A stretch of DNA of 63,270 nucleotides, filler included, from Octopus bimaculoides (taxonomy: Eukaryota): assembly GCF_001194135.2 (NCBI RefSeq). It is 4 parts of 4 records of this genome, joined end to end, with 100 filler letters (N's around TTAATTAATTAA, not from the genome) between each part and the next. Parts side by side here need not be neighbours in the genome. Positions count along the whole stretch, not along the records: positions 21,008 to 41,814 come from NC_068999.1; positions 41,915 to 53,887 come from NC_069007.1; 2 more parts are not named here. One strand, written 5' to 3'. Both the position numbers and the translations under genes were made by a program. The notes under the pieces were generated by a model that did not search any database, had not been told where the DNA came from, and was given only the letters and a program-made list of their open reading frames with translations. Shown here piece after piece: positions 28,371 through 42,062 of this stretch (position 1 is its first letter; each line of letters begins with the position of its first letter).

Positions 28371-28838
28371 CGCAGGAGTGGCTTTGTGGTAAGTAGCTTG
28401 CTTACCAACTACATAGATCTGGGTTCATTCCCACTGCGTGGAAACTTGGGCAAGTGTCTTCTACTATAGCTTCGGGCCGACCAAAGCCTTGTGAGTGCAT
28501 TTAGTAGACAGAAACTGCAAAAAACCTGTCGTATATATGTACATATTTATATATATGTGTTTGTCTGTGTTTGCCCCCCCCCCCNNNNNNNNNNNNNNNN
28601 NNNNNNNNNNNNNNNNNNNNNNNNNNNNNNNNNNNNNNNNNNNNNNNNNNNNNNNNNNNNNNNNNNNNNNNNNNNNNNNNNNNNNNNNNNNNNNNNNNNN
28701 NNNNNNNNNNNNNNNNNNNNNNNNNNNNNNNNNNNNNNNNNNNNNNNNNNNNNNNNCTGAGGTCGATTTGCTCGACTAAAATGCGGTACTCCAGCATGGC
28801 CGCAGTCACATGACTGAAACAAGTAAAAGAGTGAAAGA
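28369..28838 (+). mobile_element. SINE family B, full length (gap after internal poly-C)
   Basis: ggcgcaggagtggct.tgtggtaag head, ttgggcaagtgtctt CORE-like motif and ctccagcatggccgcagtca.atgactgaaacaagtaaaaga tail. Confidence 0.85.
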
Positions 28839-28959
28839 TTAATAGTATATATATATATCTTTTATCTTTTACTGATTTCAGCCCATGGCTGAGTTAATAC
28901 TGGTGCACTACCCGTAGTTACTCGGTGTTGTTTCGGTATTGTTTTTGGTGAAAAATAAG

Positions 28960-29415
28960 TAAAAAAAAAAGAAATGGAGGAGTGTGAGGAAGAAGAAGTA
29001 GACGACGAAAAACGAGGAGGAAGAAGAAGAAGCGGGGGAGGATGTGGGGAGGGGAGTGGAAGAAGAAGAGGTGGGGGAAAGAAGAAGAAGAAGATGGAGA
29101 AGGAGATGAAGAAAGATAAGACGAAGTAGAGGAAGATGAAGATGTGAAGAAGAAGAGGAGGATGTGGGGGAGGAAGAATAAGAAGAGAGAGAGGAAGAAG
29201 AAGATAAGGAGTAGGTGGATGATGAGAAGGGGAGGAAGAAGAAGAGAAGAAGAGAAGAAGAGAAGAGGAATGGACGATGAGGTGAGAGCAACAAGAAATA
29301 GTAGTAGTTTTAGTGGTAGAAGAAGAAGAAGAAGAAGAAGAAGAAGAAGAAGAAGAAGAAGAAGAAGAAGAAGAAGAAGAAAAAGAAGAAGAAGAAGAAG
29401 AACAACAGTAACAAC
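28960..29415. repeat. Purine-rich tract: degenerate GAA/GGA grading into pure (GAA)n
   Basis: Direct reading. Source of the spurious poly-S/L/R ORFs. Confidence 0.95.
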
Positions 29416-31218
29416 AACTGGAGGAATCAATATTGCCCAATACATAGTAAAATAAAGCAACGTACCTTTGTAAAGCAAAGATTTTTAGCCATACCTTATA
29501 AACATGAGCTGGAGATTTACAGAGATATACAGACAAATACTTATGCACAATGGCGCACATTGCTAATCTTAATGTTATAATGTACAAGTTCACCTCAAAT
29601 TAGAAAATAGAAATATAGAATGTGATATTTAAAATTCGACATACGAACTGAAAATACGTGTCTACAGTCGTTGGATACAACATTATAGAATATATATTTG
29701 AAACTGCAAAATAAAACAAGGCAACTATTTCCATTATTGCGGCTTATTACATTTAAATAAGTATTAATAATTTTTTTAAATACAATTTTGAAATTAACAT
29801 ACTTGCATAATTCATGGCATGCATATTAAGTCACAACATTCGTTCTGAATATTGACCGTGGAAATTTTGATGAAAATCGTGTCAGTACAGAAATGTAAAA
29901 CAACAATAAAGGATTAGTAATAAGTAAAGATCTTACTAAATATTACCTTAGATTCAAACAGCTTCTTTGTATGCGCCAACAATACGAGAATGTGCCGCTG
30001 TCAAGAAATAAACAAAACAGAATTAAACGCCATTCAATAATTACTTGATCGTTTATATAAAAAGGAAATTTTCAGATTAAATTCAGTTATTTTGGCTCTA
30101 GATCAGAACCATTTTCGGCGTACAAAAATTGTACATTCTGGTTTGATTACTTGTCTCCGATCTCCTTGATGCTTTCTAAGGTGTGATAGTCGTCTTGTAA
30201 TAATATTTTGCATATTAAAATCCTGGTGTCACTATTTGCATTTCATTCTTCAGCCTGAAATTGTGGGTTATTTTGCTTACGTCGTGAATTATATTATCCA
30301 AAGCACTCATCTTTAGTACATCATTATATAAATGATCTCTTCTGTATATAATGTAAAAACAAGATAGTGCAAACAAATTGACTACACGAAATTTGCCAAA
30401 AAGAGATATTAAAGGGAGCCAAACATTCAAAAGATGCCACCCAACTGTAAGTACCTTACTTCATTGCCTTTTTCACGAGAATTCTCGAGAATCTGCGCGA
30501 AATAAACGAGGCCGTGCTTTCCAAATCAGAGGCGAACATCTTTGTCCTAGTGACCGGCTTGAGAAATTATTAAGACGCTAAGATATGTTCATACTTTTCT
30601 TAATATGAAACCCATAGCATCCTTAATCCGCAAATAAAGAAATGTTATCGACAAGTGCGATATGAAGCACTCAATATTATCATCTCACATGTATGTGCGT
30701 ATTTGTGTCAGAATTTCATGGTAGACCCGCGGCGTTGTAGACGGCACTTCCCCAATCTGATTTGCCACAACATGTAAGCTGAATCCATAGTAGTTACAAA
30801 GCGAACTTCCTAACTAGAGGCTTTCTTGAGACTATTACTTGGAAATTCATGCAACAACTGCCTCCTATAACAGAACATCTAGTATTTCTTCCAAATACGC
30901 GTAGAATTTTCGAACACAATTGATACATTAGAGGAATCTCGATGAGCGAATAAGTTTATTATGTCGCGTACACCTTCTATAATTTCTTCAGAATTGGATT
31001 TTTTTATATATTTGGATGATTATGAATAGTTACGGTTCCACTTCTCAAAATAATAGAGAAAATTAACTTCTTTTCGAAATTAACCGTTAACATATTTATC
31101 TGATTCCCGAGGTAATAATCCACAAATTCTTCTATTGCGTTATTTAATAAGAAGTTTTGTGATATTGACTGACAGAAGAAATAATTGAAATTTCTTTTAG
31201 TATTATGCCAGAAATAAA

Positions 31219-31435
31219 GTGGTGGGCTGGCAGAAGCGTTAATACGCTAAGGATAATGCTAATAGGTATTTTGTCTGTCTTCATATGCAGAGTGCTAATT
31301 CCGACGAAGTCGACTTTATCTTTTATTCTCCCAAGGTCGATAAAATCAGTACCATTTGAACACTAGGTTGGGAGTAATTGACCTATCTTTACCCCAAACC
31401 TACTCTCCTTTTGCTATATAATGAAATCAATATTA
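31219..31435 (+). mobile_element. SINE family A, diverged
   Basis: gtggtgggctggcagaagcgttaa head and gtcgataaaatcagtacca core. Confidence 0.7.
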
Positions 31436-32958
31436 TGCGCGAAAGAGTACACGTGTGACTTAAATGTTTTAACAATAATTATTGACATCACAAATCCTAT
31501 ATTTTATTTCTTGTAAAATACGATGCAAAATCTTATGAAATTTCTAAGTATTTATTGAAAATAAGATTAGGATGAAAGGAGATTCAAGTATTTTTTTTTT
31601 TAAGTTGCTATCATTTTACATAAAAAAGACATCATTCAACATCAAAAACAAAGTTAATACAGAATAACAATTACAGCAATATCTGAAATGAAAGAAGTTC
31701 TCTCCAAGATAGCTGTTATTTGAAACACAGTGATGATTTGACGAAATGTTTTACTTGATATAAAAAATAATCGTGGTATTTATTTCCATATGAATGAAGA
31801 AAATCCATGTTTTAAAGCAATGGAAACACAGAAAATACATGGTGTTCGGCTAGATGGACGGGTTGTAACGCTGAACAGGACAAAGTTTCAACTTAGAACA
31901 CAGAGCCGAACAAAAAATGCGAAGCATTATACCGATGCTTTTATGATATTGCTTAAGCATGGCTTCTGTCAGACCAGAAATACACACAAAAACTGTAAGA
32001 AAGAATAAATAATATATTTTTGTATTTTTATTCCACCACTGTAAAACGGCAGTATACATGTACATTCTAAAAAAGTACTTCACCTTCAAATATCAATTGC
32101 GCGTTTTCATTTAAATTCATGCAACATCTATATTTAATGCTGGAAAAATATTTTGAGGAAAAGAATTGCTATAAATGATTTTCCGATGGCAGATAACAGG
32201 AAGGCAAAGCCTTCCATGGTAATGCGATTTGCGGTTGATTCAGCTGATGAAAATTCTCGCATATGAATACGAATTTGTCCCTAGAGAGACATTGACCGTA
32301 TCCTTAATTTACAAACCTTCTTCTGTAGTCAATATAGATCAATATGAAAAGCATTTAAACTTAAACAATTAAAACGATCGACCCATTATTTGTAATTGGA
32401 GATTTCGCATTTGGAATTGACAATTTCCTTTCCAATAACATTATATTTTCCAAACAATTATGAGATGATAATACATCAAAATTAGAAAATTATACATTTT
32501 GTATCGACGAATTTCAATTATCATAAAAATCTTTGTGCGAATAACATATATATGTGAAAAAAAATATATATATATTTATAAAAACCTCATACGCTATTCA
32601 TGAGATTCAAGCATACAATATGTTACAATACAAGATAAAATTGATTCAAATAATNNNNNNNNNNNNNNNNNNNNNNNNNNNNNNNNNNNNNNNNNNNNNN
32701 NNNNNNNNNNNNNNNNNNNNNNNNNNNNNNNNNNNNNNNNNNNNNNNNNNNNNNNNNNNNNNNNNNNNNNNNNNNNNNNNNNNNNNNNNNNNNNNNNNNN
32801 NNNNNNNNNNNNNNNNNNNNNNNNNNNNNNNNNNNNNNNNNNNNNNNNNNNNNNNNNNNNNNNNNNNNNNNNNNNNNNNNNNNNNNNNNNNNNNNNNNNN
32901 NNNNNNNNNNNNNNNNNNNNNNNNNNNNNNNNNNNNNNNNNNNNNNNNNNNNNNNNNN

Positions 32959-32992
<34 letters not shown>

Positions 32993-33469
32993 ATTTAGAA
33001 ATAATATCATAATAGCGAAAGACACATATAAAATCTACTTTAGTATTTTTTTAAATTTATATAACGTCCTCAGTGATTTATTCAACTCTCTGAAATGTTC
33101 TATTATATATTTTTTTTTTCAAACATACTACGTTTTTAAATAAGCGGAGAAATGAAATCAATTTAAACCATAGAGTATATGTTGAATAGTAGTAAACACT
33201 GAAACTATTAGTATCAAATACAAAAAAATCCAGACAACATGAACTCCTTTGTTGAAGTCTATTGATTTGCCACAAGATATGAAAAACATATAGTGTATCC
33301 TTCGGTCGTAAATTAACGAAAAAAAGCTTACATAAACGGTAATCCATTGAACGCACAATGCCATGTTTGTGTCTAATTTTAAAGTAAGCATTTTCTTGAT
33401 TTTATATTTGATATATATCGACAACATTGAGGGACAACGTGGTCAATGCATCCTAGATGTGATTATCCC

Positions 33470-33570
33470 TTCATTTCAGGCGTGGTTTTGGGGTCGATTT
33501 GTCCAACTAAAACCTTTCAAGGCGGTGCCCCAAAATTGTCGCAGGTAAATAGCTGAAACAAATAAAAGAT
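33470..33570 (+). mobile_element. SINE family B tail fragment
   Basis: ggggtcgatttgtccaactaa...aaggcggtgcccca...ctgaaacaaataaaaga. Confidence 0.6.
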
Positions 33571-34582
33571 GTACATATGCATGTGTGAGTTTGTGAGCGC
33601 GCGTGTTTTTCCATGGCCATAATTTTTTTTTTCTTACTGAAAAAGCGGGCGAATGAATAACTCACTGCCATAAATCTTTGTGCACTGTTCCGCGTGTGCT
33701 TCCGATCTTAAAAGTAGTTTTAAAGCAGGCATACGTTTTGTTAATTTTCTTTATTTTAGTTTAGCCGTAGTCAGCGAGGAATACGAAGATTTACAATTAT
33801 GTCTCCCTTAACTGATGGTAAATCTGGTACAATATACTGACGTCTGACCCATCCTGCGCGAGTAATTCACTATTTCAGTTAGATAGCTGGCCCAGAGATA
33901 AATTCCCTTATTGCCTAGTATACTACTTCGGAAGTATTGATGTACATTATATTCAAGCAGACGAACTGTATGTTTGGCATTGAATCAAATTTGACCATTA
34001 CTATTATATTTTACCTTAGAAGATTATCATTAGTTTTAAAGTGCAGCATTTCGTTTTGTTCTATATATAGGTAAAATAAATATCGATTATTTTATTCGTA
34101 ACATAAATATTTATACTGACGCTAAATGCGACATTTCATGTAATTAGTCCTCGTAAAGGTTAATTTAACAAATACCAATATAATCCATATGGGAATAAAA
34201 AGCAAAAAAAAAAAAAAAATTGCTTTTCTTTTTTCAATTTTTGCTACGTCTACGGAAAAAAGTTCAATATTAAACGGAAAGACCAACCTATTACTGGTGT
34301 TGTATACGAGTTCATTGATATTAATATGTTTAATGGGAATATACCGTTATTCATAGCTACACTGTTTTACAATTATTGATGTAGCTTTGGTCCCAGCATG
34401 ACATTATTCTTTTACGTAATATTTATTCAAATAGACAGACAAATGATTACTTGGTGTAATATATCAAATCGCAGTAATATATACGATCAGAGCTTAAAAA
34501 TGATTCTGTGATGATTAAATTATGTGTCCCGAAAGTAAAAAAAAAGTGAGCATATTTATTTTATTATTAACATTGTACTTAA

Positions 34583-34700
34583 GGCGGTGATCAGGCAGAG
34601 TTGTTAGCACGCTGCACGAAATGCTTAGCGGTATTTCTCCTGTCAATACGTTCTTTGTTCAAATTCCACCGTGGTCAACTCTGCCCTTCACTCTTCCCAG
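34583..34700 (+). mobile_element. SINE family A, 5' half
   Basis: ggcggtgatcaggcagagttgttagcacg...gttcaaattccacc. Confidence 0.7.
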
Positions 34701-35484
34701 GTCATTAAATTATACCCTCCAGCCTTCAATAGGAGTCTTCGGGAAATTTCGATCCTGGGTTCTCATTCGTAAGGTAATTTTTGATGTTGTTATTATTATC
34801 ATTATTATTATTAGTAGTATTATTATTAAGGTCACGGCCTGGAATCGAACACGTTATCTTGGAGTTAGTAGCCTGCACTCTTTACTACTACGCCATGAGT
34901 TCTGAACCCCCAAGATTCCGAGTTCAATTCCAGGCAATGACCTGTATAAAAATTACAATAAATCTATATAAATCATTGCGATAAAAAAATAGTAATTCGC
35001 TATACTTATCTGTGACTTCATGATGATATTTCAAATACGTTTGACTGCAATTTCTAGAATGGTTAATATACGTATTTGCCATTCACGTCTTTCATTGAGA
35101 TAATCTTAGAATTAATAGGTAATAAAATATTGGTAAAATTGATTGAGTGTACAGTCTTGTCTGATATTTACAAATGACATATAACATAATACAAGCACTT
35201 TGATACGCAGAATTTACGATATATATTTATATTTGCGAACAAATTCAGGCCACAATTTTGTCTTCAGAATATGGCAGCGCATTTGTCGTATTTCGGCCAA
35301 GCATGACAGTGATGGATTAAAGTTAGGAAGAAACCCTCAAATAGATATAAAAACAGAATTAGTAAGAGAGGAGACAGAGTTGACCAGCACGCTTGGCCTC
35401 TGGTGCCGAAGAGACAGAAAATAGAAAATCAGTCATAAGTCACGTGCTGTCAGCATATAGAAAGGAACGAGGATGAGAGAGAAT

Positions 35485-35535
<51 letters not shown>

Positions 35536-35614
35536 CAGGAGAAGGAAGGGAGAAAGTGTGAGAAGACGAAAGAAATGGGAGAGAAGAAGTAGGTATGCTA
35601 ATTTTTCTATGTAT

Positions 35615-35664
<50 letters not shown>

Positions 35665-37034
35665 CAGAATGCTACATTGAAAAATAAATCCAGAGATATT
35701 TTCATATACATAGGTAGTTAGACTGACGTAATTGCATTCGCTACCTTATTAAAGATGTGTTGCTTTGTTTCACTCTCTGATGAAAACTGATCTATGAAAA
35801 TTTCAAGAATATATTCTAGCAATGTGATCAGTGTATAAGCACTTAATTTCAACAAGACTAGCACATTAAGAAAATATCAAAGATGTCACCTTAGCGAAAC
35901 TAATAAGATATCGTATGATCTCTTGTAAAACATTGATATATCGATTTACAGATACTGAAGTCTATATAATAACTATGATGTAAAGTTTTGTTATTTGATG
36001 AGTTGAAGAAAAATATTACTTTTTCAAAGATAAGAAACACATTTTATGATTTCTACTACAGGCAGAATGCCATAAATTTTCTATTCTGTGACGAGTTTTC
36101 TTGTCGACTTAGTTGTTCATAGTATATATCTGATATAGTTTTAATCAAATTCATAGGTAGCTCGGATATAGTCGAAAGTAAGTGGTATTTATTATTTTGT
36201 TCTATAAATAATATACTGAAGTTATTCACTCCTAGTATGAGGTTGGTATATTTCATATCGAAGCTGGAAGGATGAAAGCTAAAACTGAGTGCGAACCAAA
36301 AAAAGAGTCACTGGCTGGCTCATTACTTATTCTAACGTCATCACCTCCAAAGAAGTAAATATCGATATAAATATGATTATTTTGAAATGAAATAGGGTAC
36401 AAATTCTGATTAGTTTGTAACGTAACGGATTACTAGATATCAAACTCACGTCTTTCTCGAATGGATATTTATGGTGACTAGCACATATTTATGTTATGGA
36501 TCATGGAGGATGGAAATTCAATTTAAAATTATAGTGTAACTGTATAAAGGAATCTAAATGAATTTGTCTCAGTTACCTCAGACAGCTGCCCAGTATACAA
36601 TGTTTCAATACAAATTAAATATCCGTGTTTCATTATATGTTTTGCTTAGGAAGCGTTAGGTCATTCACTTATTATCGGTAATAGTGACCTAGCCGAAGAA
36701 CAAGTATTTCTACATTATAACATTTCAAATGCAGTCCATGTTGTTTTAATTATTTACCAATAGCAGCCAGGTTATTATTCATTGCTAGCTACAAAAACTA
36801 AACATGGAATGATTTATAGCTATGCTGGTTGCCGTTCAATTAAAATGTTTCCATTGTTCGATCAAGTGCATATCCTCTTCTGGATCTAAACATGTTTGAA
36901 TACCATTTAGGTTCAACTACACTTAACAGAATTTTCGGGCAGAACCAGAGAAACAGTACGCGTAATGAATGTGACATTTAGAATACAACACTCTATAGAT
37001 TTTTCGTGTACAAAATTTTACTTAGAATATTATA

Positions 37035-37200
37035 CTTAGTGGTATTTCGCCTGTCGTTATGCTCTGGTTCCAAATTCTGCCGAGATCAACTTTGCCTTTC
37101 ATCGTTTCGGGTCGATAAATAAAGTACCTGTTAAACATTTAAGTTGATGTTATCGATTAGTCCCACAAACATCAGCCCTTGTGAATTTAGTAGAAGAAAT
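37035..37200 (+). mobile_element. SINE family A, 5'-truncated
   Basis: cttagtggtatttcg...actttgcctttcatcgtttcgggtcgataaat, followed by a long (ATT)n. Confidence 0.7.
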
Positions 37201-37209
37201 TACTATTAC

Positions 37210-37278
<69 letters not shown>

Positions 37279-37287
37279 CATTATTAC

Positions 37288-37331
<44 letters not shown>

Positions 37332-37512
37332 GTCGTCTATCTACACGTGTTGCCCGTCGCTCCGTATGTTTTGTGGTTTATTCAGTGTTACACTTTGTCA
37401 TACATCGTTACTTAGTTAAAAAAAAACAGGAACTTGAGGAGCCGTTTAGTTTTTCTCCAAATAGGATTAGTGGTTATTTTAGCGTTTGCTAAAAAAAAAG
37501 AAAAAAAATTAG

Positions 37513-38680
37513 ATGGCGAACGAGAATTACCCGTCCGTTGAAAGGAACAGCCGCTCATCCGGTAAAGAAGAGACCCAAGTCATAACGGACAATGATTGCT
37601 GTAGAAGCTGCAGTAATGGTAATATCAACGACAGTAGCGCACGTGAGACCTACGAAATCAATTTTACCTCATTTTCATCATCCACTTCACCATCACAGGA
37701 ACAAAAATATCCATGGTCGAGATGCGACAAATCAAGCGGGAAAATTGCTAGGTCCACCGCCAACGTTAGTGGCAGCAGCAGATCCAACACTACCAGCAAC
37801 AACAGCATCACCAACAAGAAAGACGACAACGAAAACGAGGCTTGCAAATCTAGTTAAAGTGAACAAGACTCTGCTTGAGTGACCGGAGAAAAAAGAGAAG
37901 ACAATTATATTAGAAGAAAAGGAATTGAAGACTGCGAAATATACGTCGAAGAAAAGTGGGATAAGTGTGGCATTAAACATTCCTAGAACTGCCCAACAAG
38001 AAATTAATTTGCGGACAGTTTCATATAAAACAGTTGCAGGTAAATGTAGGATAGAGGAGCAGGCAATACAACAGGAAATACAGAAATGCTTGAAACCAGT
38101 TTGGAAAAGCAAAAACCATGTGACCAGTGTAAGGAAATATAGTACTGTTGAGGCCAGGTTAACGTCACAGGAGGAGACTAAAAAATAACTGGACAGCTAT
38201 CCAAACCAGTGACGGATCATTCCCATCATCGTCTACCATGGTCAAAGGAGATCCAGAGTTAGAATACCCCAAATCCTACCAGCTATAAACATATGCTGGA
38301 TTGTGGCTGCAATTCTCCTAGGCTTAGAAGAGGAAAATCACGATTCTGTGAATACAGAATATGTACTAGCAGAACTAGTTAGGACTGGGGATTTATTTAC
38401 GAATATGAACTGAACAACGAAGCGTAGAGGCTATGCTGCGTTGCATAAGCCTATTGGAGGGGACAAAGCTTCACGTGGGATTTCTCTTCTGCAGGGACAC
38501 AAACAACTTCGAAGATACCTACCCACTACAAAAGAGAGAAGTGAGCTCCACAATTTTGCCGCCACCACCACCAACACCGTGCCGGCTGCGAAATTGATCC
38601 TGGACCAATTTTTCAACACCAAACACGAAGGTAGCCTTGACAGATCTAGGGTGCGTGCTCTAAGACAAGAAGGAGCGTAA
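37513..38680 (+). mobile_element. Degenerate gag-like ORF1 relic of a non-LTR retrotransposon (L1/Tx1-like)
   Basis: GC-richer island with long interrupted frames (ORFs 37592-37882, 37925-38188, 38441-38680). Contains basic/RRM-like TVSYKTVAGKCRIEE...KYSTVEARL and a frameshifted knuckle-like KLHV.FLFCR/GH...P. No splice or homology support for a host gene. Confidence 0.4.
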
Positions 38681-40237
38681 TCCGCCGTATTATTTTCCTA
38701 GTCCTACTGGCTGTTCTGCTTTGGAACAAAATATGTTGCTATCTTAAATAAGTCATATTTGCTTGGATGAGTTTCACATTCTCCGTTCCGAAAAAAATTA
38801 AGCAAATGCTAAACGTGTAACAACAAAGGTATAAACCTGAATTTATCCCTATTAAAATTAAGGTAGACATTTTTAATATTATAAAAATGAGGTAGACATT
38901 TTTAATATAAATCATTATGAAATAGAGATTTATATTGGAATATATACGCATTCTTTTGTTTTATACCTATATTTTATGTTATGAATCTGAACTACACTTT
39001 ATTTAATAGTAACACGTTCTAAAATTTATAAATCATCGTTGAAGCAACGTTGTCTATTTTCATCATGTTTATGCTATTTTTGAATTTTATTATTAATTGG
39101 ATATGTTCTCTTTGTTTAAAATTGCTTCGTTTGCATGGCGCACGGATATATTTCATATTACTATCCTCTCACAAAATGAATGTGCAGTGTCTCTACTATG
39201 CTACTGGCTTTCCTAGAAATAGCAACTCAATTAATCTCAATTTTTGAAGTGAACTAACACTTGGCATAGTAGATTTGGGGATAGCATGTCGTAGAATGAG
39301 TGAATTATGAGATTGAATTAGAGGAATGTTTTTTGGTTTTTATCCAGAAATATTAGCTATTAGCGCTAACCTCTGGCTAAATATTAACAACAACATGCAT
39401 GTGAGGCATATGGGTATAAGTAGATATTCAATAACGTTAAATTTAACAGACGATTTTCTGTTGTTAATAATGGAATCTAAAAGACCGGGAGAATAATTGC
39501 AGAATGCAATAATTATATGAAAATAGATTTTGTATAACTGCACCACAAAAAGCACTAAAATATATTTTTTTGTTCTAATTTACTTAGTATTTTGTGTGAT
39601 AGTGAGTGGTTCGGAAGCTTCAGCTTCATACCAAAATCATTTCAAATTAGTAGCCTTCATAAACATGATTCTGGTTATTGGAAATCTTATATTTGGGAAT
39701 TATGGTTGATACTTATAACCGTAAATCAACTTGTACATTAAATTTATTTATGTATGTGCTGTTACTGAATACAGTGAAAAATTATGCAAAGTTTCTCCAC
39801 AAATATCTATTTGGAAATTCCATTAAGTCTGTAATAGAACATATTGCCAATTCCACTTGGGGTTTTGACTTATAGTTAAAATTTACTGCAATAACTATTT
39901 GCGGTTTTAATGGTATGTGCTAAATTCTTTGCTGTTAGAGCGTATTCAATGACTTTTTGACTTTGAATTTCATCTCGAAAATAATATGGCATTGATTTAC
40001 ACATAAAGGCTAAAAAGTGTAAATTTAATGTTTTCAGTTCTACTATAAGGCAAACATTTTAATTATGATATGCAAAATATTTGACGTTTTTCACTAAATG
40101 CCCACACGAAAATTAAGATATATATGAAAGTGCATTGATCTTTTGATATGCAGTTTGACTTCGCCATAACCCTTCAGCGAGTTTAAGTTTCGTGATATCA
40201 TTGAAAATGTAACAATTCATCCATTCATGCTCCTCTT

Positions 40238-40613
40238 GTTGGTACTCCGTCGCTTACGACGACGAGGGTTCCAGTTGATCAACGGAACAGCCTGCTCGTG
40301 AAATGAACATACAAGTGGCTGAGCACTCCATAGACACGTGTACCCCTAACGTAGTTCTGGGGGATATTCAGCGTGACATAGTATGATAAGGCTGGCCCTT
40401 TGAATTACAGGCACAACAGAAACAGGAAGTAAGTGTGAGAGAAAGTTGTGGTGAAAGAGTACAACAGGGTTCGCCACCATCCCCTGCCGGAGCCTCGTGG
40501 AGCTTGAGGTATTATCGCTCAATAAACACTCACGACACCCGGTGTGGGAATTGAAACCGCGATCCTATGACCGCGAGTCCGCTGTCCTAACCACTGGGCC
40601 ATTGCGCCTCAAC
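40238..40613 (-). mobile_element. SINE family C with 12-bp TSD
   Basis: TSD catgctcctctt at 40226-40237 and 40614-40625. Confidence 0.9.
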
Positions 40614-41043
40614 CATGCTCCTCTTACATATTAACTAACGTATTGAACGCTTATCTAGGCCTAACATCGCAAAACTTATCCGCGATACAAACAGTCGCAC
40701 ACTCCTTCACTAAGCTTCCAGCCTTCGGTCAGAGTCATATAACATGCTAAATTTCATCGTATTTAGTACTTTTGATTCCGTAAAATTAACCAAAATTCCG
40801 CAATCCTAAACGTCTTTTCAGATTGAGCAGTAAAAGTTTCAATATAAGCGATTCTCGATGAATGCAAACATGATGCTATTTCCTTTGGAATGAGGCTTGC
40901 AAAATTCCATTCCATGCCATGGCTGTGAACGTGCAAATGTGTGGACAATTTATACGATATTATAGTATCTTAATAAATAGAAATGCTAACTTAAATATGC
41001 TGTAAAAGTTGAAACATCACTTTAGATATTTCATGAATACAAA

Positions 41044-41427
41044 GGCGCAGGCGTGGCTGTGTGCTAAGCAGATTACTTCCCAACCACATAGTTCCGGGTT
41101 CAGTCCCACTGCGTGGCATCTTAGTCAGGTGTCATCTACTATATCCTCGAGCAGACCAAAATATTGTGAGTGGATTTGGTAGATGGAAACTGAAAGAAGC
41201 CAGTCTTTATATATATATATGTATTTATGTGCGTGTCCACCGTCGAATTGACAACCGATGTTGGTGGGTTTAAGTCCCTGTAACTTAGCGGTTCGGCAAA
41301 AGAACACGATAGAACAAGTACAGGATTGACTAAGAACAAGTCCTGAAGCCGATTTCTTCGACTATAAGGTGGTACTCCAGCAAGGCCGCATTCAAACCAC
41401 TGAAACAAATAAAATAATAAAAGAATA
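41044..41427 (+). mobile_element. SINE family B, full length with short internal (TA)n
   Basis: Ungapped copy showing the whole head-microsatellite-tail layout. Confidence 0.85.
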
Positions 41428-41814
41428 TCTTCGGAATACATTGGTATTCATCACAATTCATTATTTCGTTTTTTTTTTTTGTATATATCTGTCAATACAC
41501 TACATCTTTTGTATATACCGTAATGAAATGTCTTCAATTGTATAGTTCCCCTCATTTCTGATAGTCAATAAATGCAATGAGTGTACATATTTGATTTATT
41601 TTCTGTTAGCTGTTATTTGTTTCATATCGTAACTTTTGAAGAATGTTATTCGTTTATATTTTTTCTTTAATTTTTAATTTGAATGACTTGATTAAATGTG
41701 AATTTAAATTGACTGTTTATAGTACTCTTCTATAGAATCGTGGCACATCAGAACTGTTATCAATTTCCTTCACTCGGACCGAGAAGCTGAATGAAACCGG
41801 CAGCAAAAAGGTTT

Positions 41815-41914
41815 NNNNNNNNNNNNNNNNNNNNNNNNNNNNNNNNNNNNNNNNNNNNTTAATTAATTAANNNNNNNNNNNNNNNNNNNNNNNNNNNNNN
41901 NNNNNNNNNNNNNN
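41815..41914. other. Synthetic scaffold join 44N-TTAATTAATTAA-44N
   Basis: 12-mer at 41859-41870. Confidence 0.95.
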
Positions 41915-41937
41915 ATATATATATATATATATATACA

Positions 41938-42062
41938 CAACGGGCTTCTTTCAGTTTCCGTCTACCAAATCTAGTCAGAAGGTTTTGGTTGGCCCGAGGC
42001 TAGGTGCCACGCAGTGGGACTGTACTCGGAACCATGTGGTCGGTAAGCAAACTTCTTACCAC
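41938..42062 (-). mobile_element. SINE family B head
   Basis: Reverse complement of ggtaag..gtttgcttaccgaccacatggttccg...gaaactgaaagaagcccgt. Confidence 0.8.

Noticed and set aside
30434-30452. ATGCCACCCAACT|gtaagt, a possible first coding exon
   Set aside because: Good donor but only 13 coding nt, no homology, and separated from the ABCG exons by a synthetic join.
33799-33823. ATGTCTCCCTTAACTGATG|gtaaat, a possible phase-1 start exon
   Set aside because: Phase-compatible with 48591, but it would omit the expected N-terminal strand and ILK.V segment. Chance occurrence is likely.
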